From contig JYFJ02000277.1 of assembly GCA_000934665.2 (NCBI GenBank), positions 62,001 to 126,000 on the forward strand: a DNA stretch of 64,000 nt, read 5' to 3'. How positions within the stretch are numbered: the first letter of the stretch is position 1; every line of letters begins with the position of its first letter. The position numbers and the translations under genes were made by a program. This DNA comes from Catajapyx aquilonaris. Taxonomy: Eukaryota. Positions 37,228 through 51,002 of this stretch are shown in pieces. Below the pieces are notes generated by a model. It ran no database searches. It saw nothing but the letters and a program-made list of their open reading frames with translations, and was not told where the DNA came from.

Positions 37228-38277
37228 TATATCTTCGTCCGTATCTTTGGAGAGTACGCGTAAGCCGAAATCTGTGTGGTTCGGGCCTATATCTGGTATA
37301 GCGAAGTGGTTAACAGATCAAAATTAACATCCTTCAGACTACTTTATTCGTTGTTACTTTTTCTTCTCCCACATAATATTGATCCTTATCTCGGGCGATC
37401 TCTCTTCATGATTATGTTGCCACCAAACAAAACAAAAAAAAAGGCGGACGCCAAGATTGCCCCCAACAAATAAAAAAGCATAATTATTATAACCCAGACC
37501 TAGTTTACAACCAGTTGCATTCCCACGTCCATCCACAATTGAACAGATAATTTGCTTAAGATTTCGACTTGATCAGCAAAGGTGGCACAAAGTGGTGTTA
37601 TCAATATATTATTTTAAGGCGACGACTTCAATTCCGCACGACTTTATTAAGTTAATTAACTTGTAATATTTTTTTTTTTGTCGAAAAGTTTAGGCAACGA
37701 TATGTTCCTGCTGTAATGTAACGAGCTTAGGTTTTTCCTTGCCTTAAAAAAATCGTCAACATGAGCGCGTGCCAAAGAGTAGGTAAGAAGAAGAATTGCA
37801 AGAGAGCGCAATTGCGCAATGATGGGGGCGGCGCAATGCATGCAAGCAAAAGCAAAAGCAAGCAATCCAAGAAGTAGAAATCCTGAGAGACAAAAACGGG
37901 CGTTTCCCGTGAGAATCCTTTATATATTTACCGAGTTTCGGCTCTTGTCTTGCATATATACACACACATTCTGCTGGAAGCCTCGACACATATATTTAGG
38001 GATCAAATGTCTCCCTATATATAGGCGCGTACATACTTCTCTGCAAATATTTTAAGTGTATTTATTAATCTCTGAATCACTTTTTTTGGAGGGGGATAAG
38101 TACTGAGGGAATAATAACTACCCGCAATTATGTTCGCGCTTGTGTCTAGTAGGATTTCGACCGTTCAAACGGGCACATCGTACAAGACTGTGTAAGTACA
38201 TTTTTTTTCTCTCTCTCTCTCTGATATATAGCATAACGACGATAATAATAATAATAATTCATATTTCCTTCTTTCAG

Positions 38278-41200
38278 GAAGGACACTAGTTCCATCAAGA
38301 GGATCAAAGCTGAGCTGGAGAGTGAGGCCAAGCTCGAGATCGTCTGGAAAAATGTGGTTATGCTGACCATCCTTCATGCTGCAGCCATTTACGGAGGGTA
38401 CATCTGGATCACTGGAGGAAACGTCCTTTGGTTCTTCTTCTGGGGTGAGCAATCGTAGTTTAAATTATTATGAGATAATCATCATCAATTCGTATTAACA
38501 ATATGCTGGCCTCCACCATCGCAAACCGCAGGCCTAGAAAAAAAACCGAGCGAGAGAAGTCATAGTTTAATTATCATGAGATAATCATTAGTAAAGAGCT
38601 TATAAGAGTGGCCAGTAATTCTCACATGAAGGGCGAAATCAATCAATCAATAAGTGAGTAACTGATGAGTAAATAAATAAATTGCATCGGTATAGCATCG
38701 CGCTGCGGTGATTTTAATTTTGATGATTTTCCCATGAGAATTGTGTGGGAGAGACAGACGCACTCGAGACGCGACTATACTAAGATTACAGTTGCATGTA
38801 CAGTTACAGTAATGAGCATATTTGACTGACAGTTTATCCTGGTGGTTTTCTGTGCAACTTTCCCGTTTTCAATGACGCAGAGGAAACAAGAGGTATGAAA
38901 ATTCACAAGAAAGTTGCTGAAAAATCCCAGCGCAATTTCTTGCGTGAAAAATAATATACTATATACGTTAATCCCCGTGAGATTCATCAAGCTTTGGCTT
39001 TAAAATAATCTCCATTATTACCATCCCCATGTTCATGAGGATAATTGAAGAAATGGCAACAAGAGTGTGGGGTTAACCCTGCAAATGTTCTCACGTGTAT
39101 TATTCTGTGTGTTATATTATAGGTTACGTGCATTCAACACTGAGCGGAATTGGTGTGACTGGTGGTGCTCACAGACTGTGGGCCCATCGTGCATACAAGG
39201 CCAGCTACAAGCTTCAGGTTCTGCTCGTCTTCCTTCAGGCTGCAGCTGCTCAGGTACAGAAAATATCCAGTACTCTGTACAATTGCACTGGAAAAAGCAA
39301 TCGCCTTCATGACTGCCAGCTGCATGTACGTAGATGGCAATTTAAAATCGCACGTCAAGTACATTTATTTAACATGAAAATGTCAATTATAGTGGTGAGC
39401 ATGTCTGCCAACCTCAAAGTTACATGAGTCATTGTAACTCTCGAGTAAAAATAACTCATTATTGCGCTAAGAGGACATTTTCACATATTACTGCAACTTT
39501 AAAATCCTGTCCTTTTTTTTTGGAGGGGGGGGGGGGGGTCCTGGAATAATATCACGCGACGGAAGCCGGAAGCTGTCCTTCGTGCACAAGACTTTGATGT
39601 GAGAAGGAGTAATTTAGCATATATATTTATTTCTCAACCGGATTTGCGCATTATTTGGAAATGAGCATTGGGACAGTCATGTCATGAAGCCATCAGAGAA
39701 TGTGAAATAATTTTTTAAAAAAAATCCCTGCACAAATTTAAAAAAGGAAACTGGGATAAGGTGCGAATATTTTGCCCTATATATATAATATTGAAACTAA
39801 AATTGCAATGAAAGGATTCAAAAGCTCAGACTATATAAGAAAACTACTTTCTGCTGTTGGATCTTCAGCACATATGTTCGTGTCGCAATTTTAAACAATC
39901 AATTTAATGGTTGAGAGACCACCCGAAACACTGGTAGAGATGATCACTGTCATTTTCTGCACTTTATGAATTCACGGTTGCTACGAGTAAAAAAAGGAGG
40001 CGTTTGTCGAAAATGATTGTCCTGTCAGATAACAACAAGCGAAAGTGATTACCGTGGTAGTTGAACGTTTGCATCACTCGACACCCTGCAAAAACCATGT
40101 TTAAACTACTGTATCTGCAGCCGTGAATAAAATATTGTGCAATCATAATAATCACTGAGCTGACATATTTCCATCATCTCACTCCATTTCCTTTACCTGG
40201 GTATACCAGTTGTTCCCTGTTGTTTACCACCCACACAATTACGCCACCAAGGAAAAAACAAAGCCTCACATTCCTTTGTATTTATATTCACACTATCCTT
40301 TTATTCCCTGCACAGTAGTTCATGCAATGCCGTAAGACCTTACCAGCAGCTATTATTGATAATGCCAACCCTGCAAGCTGCGCGAACTGTGGTGCGCACT
40401 CGGTTGCGCTAGTATAAAAATTCATCTATAGATGCATATTATGAAACTGCCCAATTTTAACTATTCATCCGTACTTGACTTTCTTTGTCCAGAATTCCAT
40501 ATACGTGTGGGTGAGGGACCACCGTCTGCACCACAAGTTCACAGAGACCAATGCTGACCCTCACAATGTGAAGAGAGGCCTCTTCTTCGCCCACATCGGA
40601 TGGGTGTTGTGCAGGAAGCATCCGGCGGTCAAGGACAAGGGCAGGACAGTGGACATGAGTGACCTGCTCAACGACCCTCTCATCATGTTCCAGCACAAGT
40701 ACTCATCATGCATGATTCTGAATATATTATCTTCTGCATAATTGCAATGCCCTCAATGGTACAACAATGGTCATAACAATGGTTGCACTATAAGGTTGAT
40801 GCAAATAATGTGGGAGAATTACACTTCTACTAGCCTAAAAATATTTCTCTTATTTTTCCAGAGGCTTTAACTCATGCGTATGCGACCTTCCTGTCGCATG
40901 CATGAAAGCAAGTAGCTAAAAAAAACACACACACGAAACTCACAGTGCGTGACTAAACCATGTGAATAAAAAAAATTTAATGAAAAAAGCAACACTTGTC
41001 CCCCAAAAAATTCTGGCATATGTCATCATGTCTGTGGCGTGTTTACTACCAGCACTGTACGTCATAATGTACGGTATTAGCAAAGTTATGTATACATGAC
41101 GCAGAGGAAATGTGCTGAAATACGATGATTCAATTATAGAAAGTACCAAAATATATTCAGACAGGACATATTGCAATTCAACCCAATTTTCATGCACACA

Positions 41201-41944
41201 TGTCGTGTTAAACGTCTTATTTCGACATATTCTAATTTTGACATGATCGTAATGTTTTTTTCTTGCTGAGCAAATAGTATAAGTCCTTGTGATATTCAGA
41301 TTAGTATGATTGACAATGTATATTTTCTCTCATCAGATATTACACTCCAATGGCACTGTTTCTGTGCTTCGGCATACCCACGCTGTTTTACCGATATGTT
41401 TTGGGCACCACTTGGGCTTACGGCTTCTTCGCCCCTGGAATGTTCAGATACGCCCTGTCCCTCCACTTCACCTGGTTGGTCAACAGTGTAGCACACTCTG
41501 TAGGTCAAAGGCCATACGACAAGTGAGTACACCACAGAGAACCTCCATACAATCATTAGAGGTCATTTTCACAACAATTGTAGGACGTACGTACATCAGT
41601 ATGTTGTAAACATGAGATGATTTGTTGGACTTAGGTCAATCTACGCTTCAGAGAACAAGCTGGTGTCCGTCCTGGCCTATGGAGAGGGCTGGCACAACTA
41701 CCACCACGTGTTCCCTTGGGACTACAAGACCTCGGAGCTGGGCTTCTACAGGTTCAACTTCACCACTGCCTTCATCGACTTCTTCGCATGGCTCGGATGG
41801 GCCTACGACCTGAAGACGGCCACTCCGGAGATGGTCAAGAGGAGGGTGGAGAAGGCTGGAGACGGAAGCCACGAGGGGGTCTGGGGATGGGACGACAAGG
41901 ACATGCTCCAAGACGACATCAAGAACGCACTCATCATCAGCTAA
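38278..41944 (+). CDS. Acyl-CoA desaturase (Delta-9/'first desaturase' family); N-terminal exon(s) not resolved
   Basis: Exons 38278-38444, 39123-39253, 40493-40698, 41337-41522 and 41635-41944 join in phase. His boxes HRLWAH, DHRLHH and GEGWHNYHHVFPWDY, plus EIVWKN, DPHN, FFAHIGW and TWLVNSVAH. Confidence 0.95.
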
Positions 41945-42450
41945 TTAATATCTATTAGAGACAGGCATAAACTCGGATTTTCATCAGATCCAAAAAATTC
42001 ATATTTATTAATAACAGTATGATTACAAACTTGCTTAACGATTAAATCAATGGTAATGACATTTTTGTACTAACTGTATGAGGGGAAAAAACTTTGTGGT
42101 TTACGAAAATTACTTCGATTCAAACCAGCGAAGCGGACTTAATTATGTATTGAACTCCTTTACATCATATTGGAACTTCTCGCCGTAATTTTTTATTCGC
42201 AAAACGGATGCCAAGGGCCACTTGTGTCCTTAATTAATTTGATGAGCAGTAACGGTAGTTCAAAAGTAAATCTTGCTCCTAGGGCACACAGTATTTATCA
42301 CAACAAAAAATTAGCCCCATGAAATTTTGCAAGTTGAATTATTTCTCATATTTATTTGTGGGAAATTTTTATTGCATCGTCAAAGGTGACGATATACAAT
42401 CTGAGAGTACGCAGGATTATATATTATTGTCTACGTGGAAGAGGGGACCT

Positions 42451-44557
42451 TTAGCAAATGTTGAGTGCGGGCAGAACCTTCCCCTCGCATGTCCCGAAGC
42501 CAACCCTGAACCCGTCTCCCTGGCAATATCCTGAAAGATCACACCGCAGTCAGTGCTAACATTGCAGTAAATATAACTGCGATCTGTAGAACCGTACCTG
42601 AAAGTACGACTTCATCTCCATCATGAAGGAACCTTCTCACACCCCCATCCTCCAAACCCACCTCCTTTGTACCCATCCAGGAAAGCTCCACCATCGAGCC
42701 AAAAGTGTCAGGCGTCTCCATGAAATAAAAATCACTTATTGGTAATCAATGCGTATCCCAAAATATGAAAACAAAAAAACCCTCTCACCGGTCCACTGAT
42801 GGTTCCAACTCCCAGAAGATCACCAGGATTCATGTTGCACCCTGTGATTGCATGGTGGGCCAACTGCTGCTTCATGGTCCAGTACATGTGGCGGAAATTG
42901 GTGCGACACACAGTGCTCGACACGCCAGAGTTTTCAGCTGGTAATAATCAAATATGACATGTTGCCCCCATAGTGTTTACTATAGAAATTGTCTAGAATA
43001 ATTACGCTTAATAGCGGCCTCCAATCTGATGTCAAAGTTGTACGGATCTTCATGCTTGAGGTACATGAATGGCTCCGGATCCTGTGGGAAGTTTGGCACC
43101 ACAAATGGCTCCAGGGCATCCATGGTGACAACCCATGGAGATATGGTGCTGGCGTGGTTCTTGGAAGAGAACGAGCCTAGAGGTGCGCACTCCCAGAGCT
43201 GGAGGTCACGAGCTGCGGAGGTCATAGGAGGATTCAATTGGCCGGAAAGCAAGGAACAAACTTACCGCTCCAATCATTCAAGAGGACCATTCCGAAGATA
43301 TGGTCGGCTGCTTTCTCTATCTGGATGGGCTCTCCCAGTTTGGATGCGGGCCCAACAAAGAAGCCCATCTCCAACTCAAAGTCAAACATTTGGGACGGGC
43401 CGAAGACAGGAGATGAGTTGGTGTCCGTCCTGGACTGCCCGTTAGGCCTCCGGACAGGAGTACCGGACACCACGATGGAAGAAGCACGCCCGTGGTAACC
43501 AACAGGGATGTATTTCCTATAATAATTGTACACAAAATCACATACAGAAAGGAAACAATTTGCTAAATAGATTAATTGGTGGTTATATATTTCCAAACAT
43601 GAACGACACAAGCAACTCCCGTGTGAACCCAGCTTACCAGTTGGGCATGAGAGCCTTGTCTTTCCCGCTGAACATGGTGCCAGTGTTGGTGGCATGATAC
43701 AACGAAGAGAGGAAGTCAGTGTATCCGCCTATCTCAGCCGGAAGGTGCATAGTCGCATCAGACTGCTTCACAAGAGCACTGCGGGATATCGCAATTAGCA
43801 GCATGATTCCAATCAATGCAATCAGATCTTAATTTACGTTTTTCTTAGCTGCTCGTTATCCCTGAGAGCGCCTTCGTTGGCTGAGAGAATCCTTTGGAGA
43901 GTTGATCGAGCCTCGCTCCATGCAGCCTTGCCCAACGCCATAAACCCATTTAAACTCGTCTTAAATCACAAAATGCCTCGTTAGAATAAATATTTAAACT
44001 AACGTAACAGTGAGTCAACATTTACCTGGTTAAACACATGCAGGAATTTTGAAAGGATTGGTCCAGAGAGTAAGGGCTTGATAGCGCTCAGATCTAATAT
44101 GTAATCGCCTATTGCCACTCCGATGCGACGGTTCAGCTGGAAATCACAAAATTAATGCTACAGAGGATTTCATGCAATTAAAGAATAATTCATGCAACGA
44201 CAATATCGAACTGCATTTATCAGCTTAGATGCCAGACTGATTGGCTGCTAACTTAATGAATCAGTTGCCCTTGAACCTCAGACAAAGTTGGATGAAGGCC
44301 AAACGGAGTCACTGGACCTTCAAGCAAACCAGATTATGTCTCACGGAAAAGTATCCTGCTGAGCTACACAACACGCCTTCTAAAGTCTCAAGCTCGGTCT
44401 AAAGTCTAAGCCGATATAAGAGGGGAAAAATAATTCACACATAATTGACACACAGTACAGATTGCTCGTAACTTACGTTGCTTTCGGTGGAAAATACTCC
44501 AAATGGCAAATTCTCTATGGGAAAGTCGCAATAAACGGGATAGTGTATAAAGCTCAT
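42451..44557 (-). CDS. FAH: Fumarylacetoacetase paralog with an altered substrate pocket
   Basis: Complete multi-exon gene from [24 protein letters not shown] (44557-44477) through [83 protein letters not shown] and [12 protein letters not shown] to [24 protein letters not shown] (42451-42453). Confidence 0.95.
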
Positions 44558-45459
44558 TGTTTCCTTCTTGCACTGTCAGAACCAGTATGCATCGGAAACC
44601 CAACCCTGAAGGCCTTCTGGTCAAACTGCTTTCGACCCAATGTACGTCTTTGTTTATATTCACACTGAGTGTTATCTGGGAATTCTTGATGGGCAGGCGC
44701 TAACTATCGGACAAATTCATATGTCAACAACAGCAAGTGGTGCTAACAACTCATTCTGGAACAATCACGTGTCATGCAGTATCTTGCTTATCAACCAACT
44801 AGTAAATTCCATACACACTAATATATTATTGGAAATTATCTCAACAACAAATATGACCTTGTGGAGTAGTTTTGTGCAATCGCTTCAGTTTATCTCAATC
44901 ACAATATAATCACATACAAAATTATAATGACAATTAATTTTCTTGGGCATCCTGGTGATAATCTCATAACGACTTTATAATGCACTAGCACGATTTACAT
45001 TTTTTAGACAACATAAAATCATATCAAACACTCCCTTTGTTGATTTGAATTCACAACAAATATTATTTTGTACATCAATGAACATACAGTACATCTTAAA
45101 ACTTTTCATGTACAACAAACATAAATTACTTTTCAGTTTGTACACATGAGATGTTTCGATAACATTTTAGGCCCAGATTCATGATGATGTAAGGCAACTG
45201 ATTAGTATGTGTTCCCTTTTAGCTATTTTAGTCATCACCACAACATTCAGTGGCTGGATCTAATCAACTTGTACTTCAAACAGTAGCTATTGCAAGCAAT
45301 AAAAGAAAAGAAAAAAATGACACAAGAATAGAACCAATCAATTTGAAATTACACCTGAAAACTTCCCTTTTAGCAGCTCATTTCACACTATATTAAATGA
45401 AATTAAACGTCACTGTCCAGCTCTTGTGTATTATCCATTCCCAATCCCACATCATCTAA

Positions 45460-45640
45460 AGGCCCATTCACACAGGCCGTCGACGGTTTTGGTTTTAGTT
45501 CTCGCCGACGCCGCGGACCAATCAGAGCGGGCCCTCACGTAAACAACGCGTCATGGTTACCGTGAGGGCCCGCTCTGATCGGTCCGCGGCGTCGACGAGA
45601 ACTAAAACCAAAACTGTCGACGGCCTGTGTGAATGCGCCT
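45460..45640. mobile_element. Fold-back MITE, PIF/Harbinger-like
   Basis: AGGCCCATTCACACAGGCCGTCGAC... / ...GTCGACGGCCTGTGTGAATGCGCCT, ~80-bp arms, flanked by TAA and TTA. Confidence 0.85.
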
Positions 45641-47111
45641 TTATAATTGCTTTCTGCAATAATAGAGATACAAACACAGGCCATCATCATCGCCATTAAT
45701 TAGTAGGAGATCCTTGAAAACTAATATTGTTTCTAAAACATACTAGGAAAATGCAAATAACATAGCCATTAATTTTAGAGACTAATCATTTATCTCTGTC
45801 GCCATAAGGAAACTGACATTCGGAGAAGAAAAAAAATCTTTTGAATTCTTGGATCGCTAATAATCGCCAGAACTGGCGAGATACAAAGTTTCCAAAAAAA
45901 TTATACATGGCATGGTTAATCTTAAGGACATTTGCATACAAATTTTTACGCAAAAAAACACTACATACGCTGAACGGATATACTCATTTACAAAGCACCT
46001 ATTACAAGACGCATTTCTAGTGCCAGAAACTTAATAGCACCTTGTAAATAATAATTAATAAACCTCAGAGGATCTCAAAACCATAATGATATCTAAAAGC
46101 TGTTTTATGATACACATCACAGGCTGTAACTGGAGATTACATATAGTGAAAGGTGAAATAACGGTCCTTCAAATCTATTTATTTCACCTTCCTTTCGTGC
46201 ATTTACATTTCTACATAATTATCAGCGAGTTCTCTTTGATGACTAATAATTGTCTTTCACGGCAAAAATTTCTTACGGATCAAGTTTAGGACGCATCTGG
46301 GTATTATACGTAGGTCACATGTATATACTTTTAACAACAATACTTAAGACTTGTGACGTCTACATCAGGTACCATCAAGTTTGCCATAAATGGGATTAAT
46401 AAAATTATTCCTTGAAAGTCCAAATCTACCGCATGCTTTTTCATCAACAGAGTTGTGAACGTTGTGCATGACCAGTTTGGTTCAAGAGTTACACAGAATG
46501 TTAACTAGTATCGTGAAGACTAACTAGCACTACTATAAATCTTGTTATGGCAATTGAACAATGAATTATTATTACGAGTCTTCCAGTGGGAACACCGCCT
46601 CATAAATATGTCTTTTGACGAAAGCAACCACCTTTTTTTCATGGTTTAGCTGTGGAAGCCAGGCGATAAGAGAGTGAAAATACGTCCATGTGAGCAACAT
46701 GATTGGAAGTATAGAAAAGAAAAAAAAAATCATTCTCACGAGGTCAGGAAAGTACTCCCACTGATAAGACTCGTTCCACTTTTAAATACTTAGAATAATA
46801 AATCTCTTAACAAATTCCAACAAACTGCACATTTGTAATTTTGTTAATTTCATGGTGCGATGTGTGTAACAAACTATTCGAGACGAGTTCAGGATGGGTG
46901 ATCGATATTTAATCCAAAATGATTTGCTCCGATTATTGTAGTCAACAATCATTAGGAGCAGCCGCTTGTTTTGAACTTATTTACTTGGATTGCGTCCAAC
47001 CCATCTTTACTGAATACCCATCGGCAATATTGGATATGTAACAAATTTACCTACATGTCCACTCGAACATTGGAGATACGGCTACATTGCAATCAGGCGA
47101 TACTTCAAAAA

Positions 47112-49420
47112 TCACTTCTCCTCCTCCGCATCCGCTCCTAACAGAGAGAAAACAATGGCCATGGCTCGCGACCCATCCCTAATCTGAACCACGGCTGTGG
47201 GTCCGTCTAAAGCCAGCGTAATGCTTGCCACTTCAGTGCAAAACGGCACCTTCTGTCTGATCCCGGTGTCAAACACCTTCAACAATTGGCCGGAGGAGGA
47301 GTCAAACAGGCGCAGATCCACAATGTGGAGTCCCCCAGATCCGCTTGACAGATTTTCCCGGACTGACACAATGCCCATGAGGTCGAGATCATCCTCGTAA
47401 TCGTACGTAAGGTCGTACGTTGTGTCGTCAAGCGAGGACATGAGGCACATGGACTTGGACTTGGAGCGGCGTTCGTGTCGTGGGCGGCGGGAAGAGGTGG
47501 TGGCACGGGAGGGGGCAGGGCTGTGGTTGCGGGGATCACTCTCTGCCGCACTGAAGTTGAACTGGAGGTCCAGGGAAGATAACCGACCCGAAGGCACTAT
47601 GTTGTATATTCTAAGGCAACAACGGAAAGAGGGATGAATATGAATGTACGACCAAAACAACAAAATTGTTTGCATTGTATCACACCATGTGCTGTTTCTA
47701 GAGGTACAGTTTGGATAAGTTGGAGGGTACTCGGATGTTGTGAAACACTCACCTAAGCTGGCTGCTGTTCATGTGCACCACTCGCGAAGAGTCGTCCGGA
47801 TGGAAGAGAACTAGATCTGTGTGGGAATCGGACTCGGGGTACACCAAGTGTCCATTTTTCAACACTCTCTGGGTCGCCAGGTCACACACCTGGTCACGAG
47901 AAGGAACACACGCATTTTACACCTGAGAATCACGTTGTTGTCAGCAAGTCACAGGTCAATTTGCTGTAAAATGACACTTCCAGTGCCTTTACAGAGTGCT
48001 TATAATTTATTTATTTTTGTCAAGTGTGGCAATATACCTCATACACCCCTTTTCCGAGGTGAACGACATAGTTCCAGGAGGGTCTTCCCCCGACCTGCAT
48101 GTGGTGGTTGACACTTCGGAGGTTGAAGAGGGTCCGAGGGGGAGTTGTGTGCAGCCTCACGTTTACGGGTAGGCCGTACGGTGAACGACCAACCACTTCT
48201 GGTGAGTGAGATGACGAGTGGGAGTACGATCTGCCTTCACTACCTGACAGGCACTGACCCAACTTGAAATCCTCTTCTTTGTACTGCACCAAGAAAATGC
48301 ACGGTTGTAATGTCGACACCAACGGTACGCTTGCTAGGCACTCACCATATCAAGTATGTACTCCATGTCATAGGCGTGCATCCCTCCATTGTTGTGCAGA
48401 ACCAAGAGGCAGCCCTGGTAATACGAGGCGTCGATGGCGCTCTTCCCAAAGACGGACTTCTTGATCTGGAAGCAACCCCTGAACACAAGGTGCGGATAGG
48501 AGAAGGCGGCCATGACCAGGACTAGATCCGCGTTGTAGGCTCCCCTGGTAGACTTTGCCACCATCAAATGGTTCTCCTCGTCTACAGTCAGTTCTACGAA
48601 CTTGTAGGTTGGAGACAGGAACACACTCTCCAGCTGCTTACCGGTCGTCAGGTCAAAACGACGCAAGACATTGTCCACAGTCAGCATGAACAGGGATGAA
48701 CGGCAGCCTAGAATAAATAAAATTGCAAACTCAAAATGTGAATTTAGCAAATACTCTAACAGAATGCTTCACTTAAAATGTGAATTTTGCAGTACTCGAA
48801 TGGCATACAAAAGCGAGCTCAATTTATTTGCATCGCATGCATGTGATTGTGATTCGCTGTACCTTTGTGCATTATTGGCGGATGATGGACTACTCCTTCC
48901 CATATTTCCTGGTCCCTGAGATGAAGGCAAGGGATGCTGTAGAGTGGAACCATCTTCCCTTTGCTTCCGTGGATAGCGAGGCAGTCAACTAAAGACGTAA
49001 TTTTAAAATTCAGCAAAACGCTAAGTACAAACGAAAGCGCACTGTTAAAAATGTATATACACAATTCTTCGCTACTTTCACTCGTATTATCACAAGTTGA
49101 ATATAGTTTCACATCCAATTTTTTCCACACGCCGCAACGAACTCACGTGACTTCCTGGTCGCATTCCGCACGAAGATCCTCCCAGCGTGGGAGATGAACG
49201 GGCCCTTCGAGGACCTCAACTTGACCAGCGTCCGCGCTCCCGAGCGGTACGACCAGCAGATGAGCGTCCGCAGCATCATCTGGTCTCTCCTCCTTCCATC
49301 CGCCCTCTTTCCAGGCGTCCCCATCTCCCGACCAACCATCCATCGCACCGCCGAGTACTTCTTCCTGAACATCAGACAGAACCTGCTGCGGGAAGAAGAT
49401 TGACTGATTAATGGCGCCAT
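47112..49420 (-). CDS. DCAF17: DDB1- and CUL4-associated factor 17, multi-exon
   Basis: Matches to recalled human DCAF17: MLRTLIC (ILRALVC), AGRIF (RGRIY), SSLFMLTVDNVLRRFDLTTGKQLESVFLSP (SSLIALTAHNWLLRISATTGKILEKIYLAP), QIKKSVFG (EINKKIFG), VGRSPYGLPVNV (VGEAPFGIPCNI), QVGGRPSWNYVV (QIGGHPWHYIV), FHPDDSSRVVH (FHPDASGRIIH), DYEDDLDLM (DYEDELDLL). Confidence 0.9.
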
Positions 49421-49442
49421 ACTACGCCAATACTACGCATGC

Positions 49443-49536
49443 TATTACAATAATTGCTGTTACTATGACAATAATTGCTGTTACTGTGACAATAATTGCT
49501 GTTAATATGTCAATAATTGCTGTTAATATGACAATT
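49443..49536. repeat. 21-bp tandem repeat, about 4.5 copies, just upstream of the DCAF17 start codon
   Basis: Unit approximately ACAATAATTGCTGTTACTATG. Confidence 0.9.
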
Positions 49537-50493
49537 ACAGAGCAGTGCGCACGACGCAAGGCTTCGTACTGATGAGTACGCTTTGTTCATACCAGCCTTT
49601 TCAATTGAAGCGTACTCACCTGACAGTCTCCAGTCAATCTGATTATGCCTGATTTTTCCAGCTGGTTCTTTTTCCAGGAATTCCAGACACGAAAGAGAAC
49701 TTGCCAACTTCTGTTGTAAACAAAAACGTTCGATTACGTCATCGAAAACAGCTGTTTCCTTCGCATAACTTGTTTGTTTTTTTTTACAACAGGCCCGTGT
49801 ACCACGTAGCTGCTAACAATGAATGATTGTTGCTCTAGCCCAATTGTTGCCGGTCGTGCCAGGGAGAGATGGACAGTCGAATGTCGTCGACATTGTCGCA
49901 AAAAAGATGGCTGCAATTGCAATAATTATAAACGCTGGTTGCGAGTGTCTAAAACTGCAATGTTGATCAAAATAGCTGTTATGTAGCTAAAATCGCTGCT
50001 TGTTTTTTAAATAACTAACATGCATTTATATGCATAATTTTATAATTCCGATTGTACTTAAAACTATAATTACATAATTATGTGCCCAATAATGTAACAA
50101 GTGCGCGTAATAAGCTGTATGTATATCCAGATTGTTTTAGAATAGGTTGCAGTGCTGCCACTCGAAGGCACCCCAAGCGCCTTGCAGAGGACACTCTGGT
50201 CATTGTCAATGTTTTTTTTTTTGGCGAATCTGGACGAAAGTGGGCCATAGAAACAGCGGTAATTAATTTGGCTACATACAGGCTACAACCAGGCACAGGT
50301 GGATGCATGGCACACTTGCCAAAAAAAGCTACAGAGTAACAGAAAAAAGGATAAGACACACCCAAACTGCTTGAGAGGTATCATTCTCCCAATGGGGTAA
50401 AATGAATTTTAAAAAAATTATAATTGTCTATCTAATATGTCATGGTTTAATATTAAAGCTTTATAATGTGCAAAATCCTAGCATGTTGCATGC

Positions 50494-50513
50494 AACAACA
50501 ACAACAGCAGCAG

Positions 50514-50544
<31 letters not shown>

Positions 50545-50589
50545 AATAACAATAATAATAATAAATTCCCCAGCCCTAACTTGTAGTCG

Positions 50590-50645
<56 letters not shown>

Positions 50646-50790
50646 TTTCCCAGCCCTACGTACACTTGTAGTCGATAATAGTAATAATAATAATAATAAT
50701 ACATTTCCCAGCCCTACGTACACTTGTAGTCGATAATAGTAATAATAATAATAATACATTTCCCAGCCCTACGTACACTTGTAAGCGATA

Positions 50791-50841
<51 letters not shown>

Positions 50842-50872
50842 TTCCCAGCCCTACGTACACTTGTAAGCGATA

Positions 50873-50910
<38 letters not shown>

Positions 50911-50947
50911 TTTCCCAGCCCTACGTACACTTGTAGAGTTGTAGTCG

Positions 50948-51002
<55 letters not shown>

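Noticed and set aside
37400..38191. Candidate first coding exons of the desaturase (ATG 37761; small exon 38150/38153-38191; MLPPN ORF)
   Set aside because: No combination of strong splice sites gave an unambiguous in-frame join to 38278, so the N-terminus is left unresolved.
50402..50759. Poly-I/L/Y/T ORFs, also poly-N/I at 59681-60449
   Set aside because: These are translations of (AAT)n and (AAC)n microsatellites.
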